The notes beneath the pieces were generated by a model. It was not told where the DNA came from, did not search any database, and was given only the letters and a program-made list of their open reading frames with translations. A stretch of DNA of 63,883 nt, counting the filler, from Octopus bimaculoides (lineage: Eukaryota), in NCBI RefSeq assembly GCF_001194135.2. It is 4 parts of 4 records of this genome, joined end to end, with 100 filler letters (N's around TTAATTAATTAA, not from the genome) between each part and the next. Parts side by side here need not be neighbours in the genome. Positions count along the whole stretch, not along the records: positions 1 to 29,702 come from NC_068982.1; 3 more parts are not named here. One strand, written 5' to 3'. The translations under genes were made by a program, and so were the position numbers. Shown here piece by piece: positions 11,712-25,600 of this stretch; position 1 is the first letter of the stretch, and every line of letters begins with the position of its first letter.

Positions 11712-14700
11712 NNNNNNNNNNNNNNNNNNNNNNNNNNNNNNNNNNNNNNNNNNNNNNNGATCTGCCTAACACGTCCCAACCAGATAGATAGATAGATAAA
11801 GAGCGAGAGAGAGGACACAATGTGAGAGGAATGAAGTGTTCGGTCAATCTGGTTGGGGGTGATTATTTCTATCGTATTCAGTCTGAGGCGATGAAATACT
11901 ATCTGAAGCGTTAGTTTCTTCACCCTTAAGACAATTATACTTATCTAGTTATTCGATGATTTCTGCTTGGACTAATTGCCGCCGCCTTAAACCATTATCA
12001 ATTTCCTCGGATGCCTTATTTTCATCCAATAAATATGTATGCATGTATGTTGTTTTTAATACTACAGGGTATATTTGAGGTAGATTTAGTTGATAGATTT
12101 TTTTTTCAAGTTCACCGATCCAGTAAGAGATCTTCTGAGGGCTGCGTCACTTTTGTTAAGACACACATATATACACACATAAATATATGTGTATGTGAAT
12201 GTGTGTGTTTGCACCTGTGTGTTTTGCTGTTTGTGCTCACATTTAAAATTACTGTCATATATACTAACTTTAATGTTTACTTTTCTCTTAAGCGAAAAAG
12301 GAAAAAGCAGCTGTCCAATATGCCTCGAACCAGTATATGTATTTATCTTGTATTCGTTTTGTTAACATGAATACATCAGATGGCAAAGCAATAATGGCCA
12401 AAATGAAACACCAAGGATCAGTTTTGTTTAAGGGAGGAAGGTAAACGAACATTTTCTCTTCTGTTATGACATTTGGAAACATTTCACCTGGAATATTATC
12501 TATAACACATGACATGTTCTAATGCAGCCTGCGATTGGTTTAGGCATAAGCGAAATAAGCTATAACGTAGTCTCACAATCCGAAAAGGCCAGTAAATAAT
12601 TGAAACAAAGAGCATTAACAAAGAACATTGTGTCTAATCAAGTTTAAATCTGATACAGCATTAATTCTATAAAACATAACATATATAGAACATACATATT
12701 TTAAACAATAAACACTGTGCTAAAATATAAGTGGTTAATGAAGTCTTTCCTTAGTGATGTGTCAATTTTTAATTGCCCCGTCACATTGATTTATTTCATA
12801 CCCATCAATTTCGTGCCTTTACTTAAGAAACGTATGTAACGAGTCATATATACATAGTTATCAAAACCATTATATTGCTTCTTTCTCAACGAAATGAACT
12901 ACTTCGGTTAGCAATAAAACAAAATGCTGAAAGCGATCCACTGGATCCTTTGGTAAGTCAAAAATGATTTGCTGGCGAAAGCGTATATTTGCATCACAAT
13001 ACACCTCTTTACAACTCAGGAAAGGAAATGCTGCACAACCTATAATTGATCGAAACCTATTCGCAAACTCGACACAGCCATAATACATTTCAATTTTGCA
13101 ATGCTTGTTCATTTGATAGCTTTTCTCAATAGCTTTAGTTAAGTACGTCTCTTACTGAGCATTTCCATAGCATTGAAAATCTAGTTTGGGTCTGATAAGT
13201 ATGAAACCAGAATAAAAAATAGGAAAATTTTAAAGCAACAAATTTAGAATATGTTTTTATGATTAGAATGGGAGGAAGTGTCAGTGTCTATAACATTTTA
13301 GTTCACCCAAAATTGTTGCAGTTGATGTTTAGCTTCAACAGCTGCAATATGACATTGGGAAAACGTGGGCGGCAAAAGAATCGAGAAGGATGAAGCCTTG
13401 ACAAAACAGGATTACAATAGGAGGAGAAACCGAACGGGTAACGAGGGGATGAGTTATAAGTATGACGGGTGGGCGTGATAGAAAGTCGAAACTACGTGTG
13501 GTGTGAGACCTGTTGCTGGGTGTGAAATTTTATCGCGTAAGCGCTTTCAGATAAAGGATTTTTCATCCGACGTTCTTTCTTTTAATTATTTGATGGTGGT
13601 TATTGCTGGTGCTGGTTAAAGATTCTGGAAGCAGAGGATGTATTTCCATCCATCCAACTTATTCTGGCAGTTGAGGCTAGGTGTCTTCTTCCTAATGAAG
13701 TGTTCCTTAGTGATTTTGAGGTTGACTGCATCCATCCCCGTTGCCAGTATACGAGTGGAGAAATCTCCGCCATATTGTTGGTGGTGTTGGAACACGGCAC
13801 TGGGTAATGTGGCCTTGTGGAAATGTTCCTTCACTCTGAGGCGAAATTGTCTTCTGGTTGAATCTAAGTATGTCTCCCTGCAAGAACACGTCAGTTGGTT
13901 CACCATGTGAAATTCAAAACACAGCCGGACGCTGTCCGTCGGTTGTATTGTTGTGATTGGACAGTGATTTAGACAGCATGTGTCCGGTGTGTTATGATGT
14001 GTGAGAGATGGTGTATAAACTGAGAGACGGCGGGGCGGAGTGAGAGAGAGAGTGAGGAGAGCTATTTGTCGAGAAAAAGCAAGTTCTAAGATGCACTCTT
14101 TGACGTTTATGGAGGTACATTGTCAGGGCTGGTGGCTTTCTTGTTTTGGAATGACTGAAGATCTTTTGATACATAGCGTGGTCGTGAAACTGGTGGAGCG
14201 GAGAAGTCAAGTTTTAGTAGCATTTAACCGTGTGCGTTCAAATGTGAATTTGGATGCATATCAGACAGCAAAACTTGAAGCTTTCTCCGCGTGATTACTG
14301 TTTACGTAACCATCATAAATTGGAATGGCCGGTAATATAATTTGAATAAACCAAAAGAATCTACTGCAGCTGGAATGAAGAATACGTCCAGATTGTGCGG
14401 TGCAGGAATGCATAATTTGCTGTACAAATGCCATTTAACATAAAAATTACAGTAGTAGTTAAATACTGCTTAATTAAAGAGTTTTTCTGGATGTTGCGGA
14501 GTAATTTTTGCCGGACTGCTGTGAACCATTTGGGGGATTACTGGTTAAGGGAATGTTTGTGTAGGGTGTAATAAAACGTATTCAAGGAGATGGGTTTGGT
14601 CACCTGCTTAGCTATCTCAGGTAATAGGCGTTAACAGGCAAATATCTGAATAACATACCTTTATATTTCCTCATATCAGAAAATGCTAACATTTGATTCT

Positions 14701-17700
14701 TATTAATTCTTAAATTGACGAATTCATTCTTTTACTTCAAAGTAAAAACTGCTTTGCACAGATCGGCTTTTTCAATAGTCAAAGATCAGCTCGCTGTTGC
14801 AGTGCGGTAAGTATCAATAAATTATTTTAATTTTTGAATTTTAATGTTTTATTATAATAACTAGAAACTTCTAAGAAAAAAGAATGTAATCTATAGTATT
14901 TTAGAAATAGATTGATGTGTCACTTGGAGGGTCTGCTAGAACAACTTGCTAAGAATGAAATGTTGAAATTGCTGCTTTTTATAAGAGGACTGAAGACTCG
15001 TGTGTTCATATATCCTCAGTGACAGTGTACCAAGATTTATAAAGCTTATAGGCATTGCCCCAAGGAAGACATTTCTAGCATATTTTGTATGGCAGTTGGG
15101 TTAGAAGAAGAACATAACTGGTGAGATGTTTGGTAAACTAAATATACTGTAATCTTTACACGCGCAAATAGAATAAGAATAGTTTTGAAATCTATATTCT
15201 CTAAGTTAGGGTGTGATTAAGAATAAAGACATCTGAATTTTCCCAGACAGAGCTGATTCAAGAAAATACATATATTTACTTTTTTGTTTCATAAACTGTC
15301 AATGGTTTTGTTTCGTGTTCATGTTCAAGGCTGTAATTCTCAACGGACAAACTTATCGAGTTCTAAGTAGATAACTAGCAATATTTACTACACCAATGTA
15401 AGCAGCTGCTTACATACTTTAAATATTATTGGAGTTTTAGTTGGATAGAAGGGATTCTGAATACTTTTCCAGTCTAGTGAAACTGGTGTGGCTAATGTTT
15501 ACCTTGAGCACTACAGATTGATGGTTACAGGACAAAAACAGGATAAAGAAAAAAAAACAAAACAAACAAACAAAGAAAACAAAACTGGTGGGAAGAGAAT
15601 TCCAGAGGGCTGAAGTTCTAGGAAAGACGGGTTGTCTCTGGGAGGTTCTTGCCTTTCAGTGCTTATTTCACTTCTTTTCATAGGGAAGTTTATTTGTAAT
15701 AGACTAGCGCTTTATCCAACAGAAGATGTGATTCCGATTCGCTTAACGCCATAGAAGTGCTACATACAGAGTGCACTGTGAAGTTTGTGAACAAACAAAT
15801 AGTCAGATTCTGTAATTTAATGATTTTTGAATGAAAATGGTGGTTTTTCTAGAAGCGAAAAATTAACATTCTTGATAAAAATATGTATTCTATATTCTCG
15901 CTCTACTGTACTAAATAATATATCTATAAGGTTTTAACCCGAACAATAAGTAAAGATAAATGGAAAGAGACAAAGATATTGAATACATAGCTTTGTAGAC
16001 GAAAAAAAAAAAAAAAAAAAAAAAGGAAAAGGATCGGCCTGACTCATAATATTGTGTTGGGATTTCATCAAGAATTTCCTGTTCTTTTTTCTCTCAGGAA
16101 ACATGTTTACACGAGCTCGGTCATATTCTTGGTCTTGCACACGAACATAAGCGAAAAGACAGAGATAATTATATTCGAGTGATGTTCGAAAATATTCAAG
16201 GTGGTAAGTAAGAATCTTATAACATTCTGCTTGTCATTACGTTACTTAACCTGTCGGTAGCGCTTTCACGTGATTAGAGAAAAAGAGAGAGAAAGAAAAC
16301 AGGGAAGGAGAAAAGGAGAGGAGGAAGCGTCCATGACGTAAGGTAGAGAGAATGTAATTGCAACGCTTTCAAGTGATAAGTTGAAAGGAAAGAGAAGAGA
16401 AAGAAAAAGGAGGAAAAGAGGACAAGGCGAAGAGTGAGACAGAAAGAGAAAAAAAAAAAGACGGAGAGAGAGAAAATGAGCGTTCATGACGTGTGGTAAG
16501 GAGAACGTGATATTTATTCCTGTTGGATCCTGCTTATCTGTCCACGATTCAATTTGGCTGCAATTATTTTCTCTACCTCCATTCCCAGGAAGGAGCAATA
16601 GTTTAGCTGAACTTAAAGAACGCATTCAGTTAGCAGTGCAGGAGATAACTCCTGAAATGCTTCAAAATGTGTTTCGCAACGCTAAGGAGAGATTTGAAAT
16701 TTGCAGGGATACAGGCAGAGCACATGTTGAAAATTTTCCAAAAAGTTTTTGACATGAGATTTATAAATCTATTTGTTTTGGTATCATTATTAAATAATAA
16801 ACATAAAATTTTTGATAAGAGACGATCACACGTATGCGAATATTGCGAACTGTAGATATAATCATAGATATTTGAACTCAGAACGCAGAGGGAAAAACTG
16901 AATATCCCAAGAGGTTTAACCTACTGTTTAACCTCGTCTGCTTGTAATAGCCATTGTTAACATAGGCAGTAACTGATTAATAATTTCATTTATTGATCCT
17001 GGAAAGATGAAAGTCAAAGTTAACCTCGGTAAGATTTGAACTCGAGACGTACATAGTCTGAACAAATACTGCGGGACATTCTCCCCGATGCTCAAACGCT
17101 TATGACAATCTAACGCTTTCTATTTGTGTTTAATTGTTTCTAGCATAGGAGAAGAAATGTTAGTCGATTATAAGGGTCTCGAATGGATGAAAGCAAAGTT
17201 AACCTGGGGTGGGACACAGAACGTAAAGATCCAGATCAAATACCACAAGGTACTTTATCCAATGCCCTAACTTTTCTGTTAACCAACCAATTTCTGGTTG
17301 TGATAATTGTTTTTTGCATAAGTAAAAGCCTGAAATTTGTGGGGCGAGGAATTAGTTGACACCATCGCTTCCAGTACTTGTCTGATACTTTATTTTATTG
17401 ACCACGAAAAGATAAAAGGAATAGTTGACCTCAGTGATATTTGAAATTAGAATGTAAAAAACTGGAATAAATACCAAATGGGATTTTGTTCGACACGCTC
17501 ATGACTCTACCTAATCATCGCTTCTCTTTCAAAGTGTAATTCAACACAACATATATTATAAGAGATGTTTTAGGGTACTGGATTGCTAACATATGTGACA
17601 TAGTTTCAAATCTACTGATTAACTGTATTTATGAACAGAACATATAACTATGCTCTTTATTAGCTTCAGAAAAAAAAAAAAATGAAAACATACCCGACGT

Positions 17701-19063
17701 GAAAAAATATTAGCGATAATTATAATCGTTGTTAAGAAAAGTTAGAGAAACAAATCCGAGATCCAAATTGATTTAGCATTGAGTGAGATTATGCAGTGGG
17801 GAGTGAGTTATTATTTCGATAAGTACTGTAACCATTTTGGATGTTTTACCGTTTTTAGACCTACCCAGCGAAGTATAGTTTTAGTACCTACTGCATAGCC
17901 ACACATTAAATTTTTAATGAATTTCCATTTTGGAGTTGTCTCCTCTTGGCTTTATTGACGTAAGCTATAAACGCTAATAATATTTTTCTTCAGTTTGAGA
18001 GTGATCTTTGTTGATTAAAATTGTTTATTAAACATGTTAATTTCACTGTTTAACTAAAAGCCTCCATACCCATGTTATTAGTGATTTTATTACAATGCTT
18101 ACCTGACATCAGGTTACATTTTCTCCATCAAAATTGAGTGTATAGCGATGGGAACTGTATCATATTGTAAATATACTAGTGCTGTCAATATGGAAACTTC
18201 AGTATTTTAAAACCCCACAAAGCAAACTAGTTCGGTAAATAGTCGTAAAATATAGAATCATCTGAACGCCGAATGATATTTTTTATATCAGTGCGTTGAA
18301 AAGGTATGAATAACTCGAGGAGAATATATACACCTTCCTTGTAATACTTGTTTCTTTTAGAATTTCGAAACAGGATGTTGTCTGAAAACACACATGATAA
18401 GAGTGATTTCGACTTCCAGTCTGTGATGCTTTATGGGCCAATGGTAAGAATGTTTCTATTTATGATAATTTAAAATATTTATACATTTGCAACTGAGAAA
18501 TGATCGGATGCATGCTGTATTTATCTATCAACGCACGAGTCTACGTTACTATTGGCAATAGGCTTTTCGTTACATTTTTTGGAAAAGGTACTTCATTACA
18601 CATGTCTTAGTTTAAACAGCTGCTGGAAATCCGTTCCAACTACTTTTTGGAAAATAATTAACGCTATAGTGTACTAAATAAACCAAGTACAACTTTGTGA
18701 GGCGTTTGTTATTTCCAGAATTAAATCATAAATATATTAAATTCCAATAATTCGCAAGAAATAATGTAAAACTACCCAAATTTTTGATTATTTTCAACAC
18801 ATTTTTGTTGAATTCAAATACAACTACTAAAAGCGTTAGATCGCTGACCACTACATTTATATTTTTTTTCTCCTTGTTTCTCTCCTTATTTCTTTCCGTG
18901 TTCCTTTCAGTTGAAGAGCGTAGGCTCGAAACATCAAAGACTTTCTTTATTCCCGAGCGTTAAACTAATACATCCATTTGTTGTTTACACCACCTGTCTT
19001 CGTCTGTTGTTTTCTTCATAAATTCTGCCATATATATATACATATATATATTGNNNNNNNNNN

Positions 19064-19106
<43 letters not shown>

Positions 19107-19144
19107 CATGTATGTATGTGTGTGTATGTGTGTGTGTGTGTATG

Positions 19145-19182
<38 letters not shown>

Positions 19183-19185
19183 ATG

Positions 19186-19228
<43 letters not shown>

Positions 19229-19778
19229 ATATTGATAATGCTGCCATTATTGAGCGATTCTAACAAGATTTTAATTTTCTTCTAATTGCGCGGAACTTTT
19301 ACTCAGCAGCAGATAGATTTTACGATATCTGTATATTGGTTTAGCAAGCAATTTCGATTCGTTTCGGAAGTGAGGCGAGTATACGACACTGATGAATAGA
19401 AAACCCACAAAAAATCGATACATACCTTTTTGTATACTTCCGGACCGATTACGTTTCGCCTAGGTTTGAAGTATACTGTGTTATTTTTTTTAACACAATA
19501 TGTCTTTAAAGAGACCTTTCCTGGACGAAATACCGCAGCTTAAAAGCCATTAACAACACACATTAAGTATGTGATACTGGTAAAGTTCTATATATAGTAG
19601 AAATTGAACGTACAAGTAAATGTACGACTGTTGCTATTATGTTTAGAGCTCCTAATAGATTTTCATAATCCGGTTTGCTTTCTGAATAGTTAACTTCTGT
19701 ACTGAGTAGTATAACTAGTTATGAGCTACAAAGCAAATGCAGGAAAATAAGGATAAATCTAAGTTAACACACGCACAC

Positions 19779-19826
<48 letters not shown>

Positions 19827-20890
19827 ACACACGTGTGTGCGCGCGCGGGCGTGTGTGTATGTGTGTGTGTGCGTCTGTGTGTGTGTGTTAACTTAAAATT
19901 ATCCTTATTTTCCTACATTTGCTCTGTAGCTCGTAGCTAGTAATACTACTCAGTGCAGAAATTAAGTAACAACTATCCGTATTATGAAGATCTATTAGGA
20001 ACTCAAAACATAACAGCGACAGTCGTACATCTACTTGTATGTTCAATTTCTACAATATATATATATAAACATTACCAATATCATATACTTAATGTATGTG
20101 TGTTGCTAAAATCATCCTTACCACACGCGTGCGCGCGTGTATGTATGTGTATACTCATACAATATATATACAATATGTATATTATATATATTTATATACA
20201 ATATCTATTTATTAAATCTTGATACTTTTCTTACCAGGCATTTTCACAGGAAAAAAAAAATATTTATCAAGTTCTTGATCCCGATCAGCTCTATTTAATC
20301 GATTACCACAAAACGTTGAGCCACTACGATGCTCAAGACATTAATAACTTATACAACTGTCGCAGTAGGTATACCTATAATGTATTTCAACATGTATTTT
20401 ATTACGTGTTATGTATTTCATCGTGAATAATAAGACATGCCTTTCTTTTCTCAACTTCTAACTTACTATATGACAGTTTCTATGTAGTACTGCTCCTGCA
20501 TGTGGGACGTTGCTGCAGTTGTGCACACTGACTTATCAGACTATATCCAGAGAAACAGTAGCCAACTGATTGGCATGGAGTTGTTCATCAATGCAGGCTA
20601 ACCCCTGGCCAAAACCTCTACCCTCTCTACCTTTTGTACTACGACTATAAGATTCTTTTCTCTTCGCAGCCAATTCTCGAGCAAACTTAAATCAGGTTCC
20701 CTCATCTATCCTCTTCTTATCAACCATATTGAGTGCAACTCCAGGTCCCGAACTCACAAAAACACTCCCAGTCATTTCTTCCACCTTAGGCAGTCATCAA
20801 CTTGTAACGGTTTAAGCGGAATGTTAACCACATCAGCTTTGCTGGTCTCAGAGGATTTGTGGAAATTAGTGAAATGTATTCTAGACTAAA

Positions 20891-20974
<84 letters not shown>

Positions 20975-22617
20975 CCGTCTGTGTGTGTGTGTGTGTGTCT
21001 GTCACTGTAAATATGCGCCAAGACGTAGAAATACTCAGTTTGGTGTCCTTGGGCGCAGTAAATCCACTGGGAATGCAGGATCTCTGGTCTTTCTCAAGAC
21101 ATTCCTCTATAAGAAGGCAACTCGTATATGAAAAGAGGCTACTCTGCTGAGCCGGATATCTTGCACTTTGCTTGTCTCTGTGCTTCCTGGGACTGCTGGT
21201 CATAGCCGTTGTGTTGTTTAGCAAGCCACACTCGACTAAAAGCCCTCGCACGGGCATTGCTGACACATGTCAGCGATGGTCATGCTCGTTTGACGAGTGG
21301 ACAGCCATCATGTTTGCAAGTGTATAGAATTTCGAATGTGTGAATGAATCAATCCATCGATCACTCTATATATCTTTTTGAATATCTCAATAACGTTGAA
21401 AGTAAGCTGCATCTGGGTCATTACCTCTTAGAGGCAGGTGACGTACATGACTTAAATAATCTGATCAGATTTAAGTTACTGTCAACTTTTTATCTGATGA
21501 GTCATCAAGTTACAAAACATATCATTCTTATGATTAAAACAGGCTTTGAATGAGATAAGATATATTCGATTGGTGAATTCATGCGACCCTTAATGCACTG
21601 AATTCAAATTTTGCTGTTGAAGGCTTTATCTTTCATTCCTCTGGCGTTGAAGAAACAAAGGACAAGTATTTGATTAAACCATTTACATTGTTTACAACAT
21701 TTGTGGGTCGGAGGGAGGAGGATATCTTCCAATAGGAGACCTGATCCGATTGTTTGCTACAGAATGGACTCTGTTGAAGGTATCCAAGGCGCTTGATGGT
21801 GTTGTTAAAGCGGAGACCAGATTAACTCTATCACCCAAGTAAGGCATGGTGGAATTTTATCTGAAACCGCAACGGGCCGGAACAGGTACCACAAGGCATT
21901 TCTTCTCGTATTCTAACTTTTAAGAGAATTCCACTACCTTAGATTGGTAGTTATAGATCCTAGAATGAGAAAAAACAAGTTATTCTGGATGGGGTTTGAA
22001 ATTAGTTCACAAAGTACAGGAAACTTATCTCAAGATGGTTTCAATTTTCTGTCAGTTCGAAGCCTGACATTAATCATATTGGTAATTATCGATAATTGAT
22101 CTGCCTTATGATGACACACGCACACTTACATACACATACGCATAAAAAAACACGAGCACAAACTCAACATAAACACCGAATACACACACTATACACACAT
22201 GCACGCAAACATACACACGCACACATACATACACATACATACACAGACACACTCATATACACACACACATATATATTTTTAATCTATTGTATTTTACAGG
22301 ACAGCAGTGTCGTTATTTTAGACATAAATGTCGCAATGATGGGTTTGTTGTGATGATCGATGGTATTTGCCAATGCTTCTGTCCCACCGGCTTAGACCCT
22401 GCTACTTACTGCACGAAAATATACAGACCAGGTTTGTTGAAATATATTTCAATATTATGTACCTGTTGTCAGAAAACACCTTGTTATTACTATGTTTCAT
22501 TTGAAAATTTTAATAAAAGTTATTTTCACCATGGTATACACAATATATACAATGCAATAAACCATGTGATTAGCCAAGATGGTACTACGTGTTTGGATGT
22601 ATACTTTTGTACGCGGC

Positions 22618-22658
<41 letters not shown>

Positions 22659-25600
22659 NNNNNNNNNNNNNNNNNNNNNNNNNNNNNNNNNNNNNNNNNN
22701 NNNNNNNNNNNNNNNNNNNNNNNNNNNNNNNNNNNNNNNNNNNNNNNNNNNNNNNNNNNNNNNNNNNNNNNNNNNNNNNNNNNNNNNNNNNNNNNNNNNN
22801 NNNNNNNNNNNNNNNNNNNNNNNNNNNNNNNNNNNNNNNNNNNNNNNNNNNNNNNNNNNNNNNNNNNNNNNNNNNNNNNNNNNNNNNNNNNNNNNNNNNN
22901 NNNNNNNNNNNNNNNNNNNNNNNNNNNNNNNNNNNNNNNNNNNNNNNNNNNNNNNNNNNNNNNNNNNNNNNNNNNNNNNNNNNNNNNNNNNNNNNNNNNN
23001 NNNNNNNNNNNNNNNNNNNNNNNNNNNNNNNNNNNNNNNNNNNNNNNNNNNNNNNNNNNNNNNNNNNNNNNNNNNNNNNNNNNNNNNNNNNNNNNNNNNN
23101 NNNNNNNNNNNNNNNNNNNNNNNNNNNNNNNNNNNNNNNNNNNNNNNNNNNNNNNNNNNNNNNNNNNNNNNNNNNNNTATATATATATGCGATGTTCCAA
23201 CATGGCCACAGCCTTCGGGTTGAAACGTATTAAAGAATATATATGATTGCGAGGTATGCTGCAACGGTTACATACGCACACTCACACATATATTCATTAC
23301 ATTATTTATTGTTTTACTTTATTGCTTTAAGATGTCTTTGAGGAAAAGAACAACTCTTTGACCTATCTCCCTTGAGACAATAATTAATGACCTTCCTTAC
23401 TCTTACTTTTGAACATGCACCAATGTAGATTATATCGCAAACATGTGCTGTTCATATGCAACTTAAACGCACATTGTATTTTAAAGTTGCGCATGAGATG
23501 ATTTCAGTTTCATTTGCTTTAATATTATTAAACACCCTTACTAATCACGTTTATGAAACAAACTAAGCAACAGAAGAGTCCACTATGCAGATGCCTGGAT
23601 TGCTGGAAATAGCTAAACGTCTCTTGAATAAAACTCAATCACATCGGCGTCTTAACAATCAATAGCACATCGGAAAGTGTAGTCCTAGTCGCACAAGAAA
23701 ATGAAATAGTCACAGCTGGAACGTACGTAAATTATAGTTAAGTTCAAATGGAAATCATCTGAATCTGAAGATGAAGATGAAAATGAAGAAGATGAAGAAG
23801 ATGAACAACAACAGCAGCTGTTGTTAGTCAAAAGGAGCAAATGATTATGATTACTTTAGTGTACTTCATTTTATCACTCAAGATAATGATGTAGCCTTTT
23901 TTTTTTATTAGACACATTTTACGCTTAAAAATGCTATAACATCCCATGATAATTCTATACTAATATTTTCTCTGCAATTTTTGAACTCAGATAAATCTTG
24001 GATCGACTGGCCGGTTGGAAGTTATGCTTTACCCAGAGCCGGATCAAAATGTCCAGGGAAGAAATGGGTTAAACAAAATTCTTACCATTACATAAATGGC
24101 TTCGTAGAGAAAGGAAAATCTTCGCATTTATCTCAGTTCTTTTTCGAGGGTCACAGCCGCGAAGTACTCTGTTTGTTTAATGAATCTAGCAGCAATAACC
24201 ACTGGGAAGCTGGATCCTATTGTCTAATGAAGAATGGACCTTGTCCAAACAGTAAGTGTTAATTATTAAGTAAGTGTTAATGTTAAGATTAGTCATAGAT
24301 AATTGAGTAGTTGTTTCTTATTAAAAGCTTTATAATAAGTAATTCGTATAATTATTTTTGAACTTTGTTTTATTGCATGCACAATGTATTGAGTGCTAGG
24401 ATTAACAGAAGATATAAAATATGCACCTATTGACTATATCCACTAAAATTGACAAAAAACTTTATCGGCTAACCAGAGAGCATCTTAGGTGGTTGCTCGA
24501 TTTGCTAGAAATACCGGCTTCATTCCCCTCAGATCACACAATAAGTAATATAGCCGTAAGTATACTCTGTTCTAAAATTAGATGGAGATGTCATGGTTGA
24601 AACATTTCGGTCCATAAACTGGCTTGATTTGAGCTGACACGGAACTACGTGGTAATAGTAACAACAGCAACAACGTAAACACGCTCCAAACAAAATTGAA
24701 ATTGATATCTGTCAATTGTGCCGATTTGCTCGAAGCCACAAAATATAAGGGAAATGGACTGGATACTGTAGTGTCCTTGACATTCTTCTAAAGGGCAACA
24801 GATGCGAAAATGAAATCATATGGTTTCAACTAGGATCGACACTGAGCTGTAGTCATAGCGAGTAGGAAGTTTGGCTTCAAATTTTGGCATAAGGCCAGCA
24901 GGTTTGGGAAAGCAGCTAATTTGTTTACATCGATACCAGTGTTCAGTTGATAGTTATTTTATCGACCCCGAAAGGATGAAGGACAGAGTCGACTTCGGCG
25001 GAATCACGTTAATGAACATTAACTACAGGAAAGATATGACTTAAATAATGTTAAAGCGTCAACCCAGCTTTATTTCATCACGTAGATCGAATTAAAATAA
25101 ATGCTAGTTCTAGGTTAAAGCCAATTTGAACAATAAAAATGTCAGTGTACCTAAATAAGAAATCTGTTTTATGATACAGAAAGGAATTGAAAATTGTTGC
25201 TGTTGTTTACACCCTCGCAAGCCCAATCAAACTAACTGATCTACAATAAAAATTGTTTCAGCTATGGCTATTATTTTCTTTCTTTTTCCTTTTTAGAGAT
25301 AATTTATTTATATAATGTGGCATTAAACATTGTACACATTTTAGAGACAGCTAAATATGAGGTTAGCCAGATTCAGTTGAAATATCGATCCCAGCGCTCA
25401 ACTGGTACTTATTTTATCGACCCCGAAAGGATAAAAGGCAAAGTCGACCTTGGACTGTACATACGTACATACATATCTGAATTCTAAGAAACGTATTTCG
25501 TGAAACATTTCTTTGACGAAAGTTTAGAATTCGTATATGGGCAGTAATTTTAACAAATGGGATACCAACAATTCTGCTTGTTCGGGCAAACGACCATTAC

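Noticed and set aside
12068-12122. GIFEVDL segment resembling the astacin FxGDI propeptide motif
   Set aside because: It lies downstream of the exon encoding the mature N-terminus, and its phase does not fit exon 2.
12858-12952. AG...GT-bounded open segment (IKTIILLLSQ...DPL) in astacin intron 3
   Set aside because: Wrong phases (needs 2/2); exons 3 and 4 already join to give a continuous astacin alignment.
14565-14620. Alternative candidate exon ending in phase 2 before exon 4
   Set aside because: It starts in the wrong phase and lacks astacin similarity; 12293-12440 supplies the CIRF motif.
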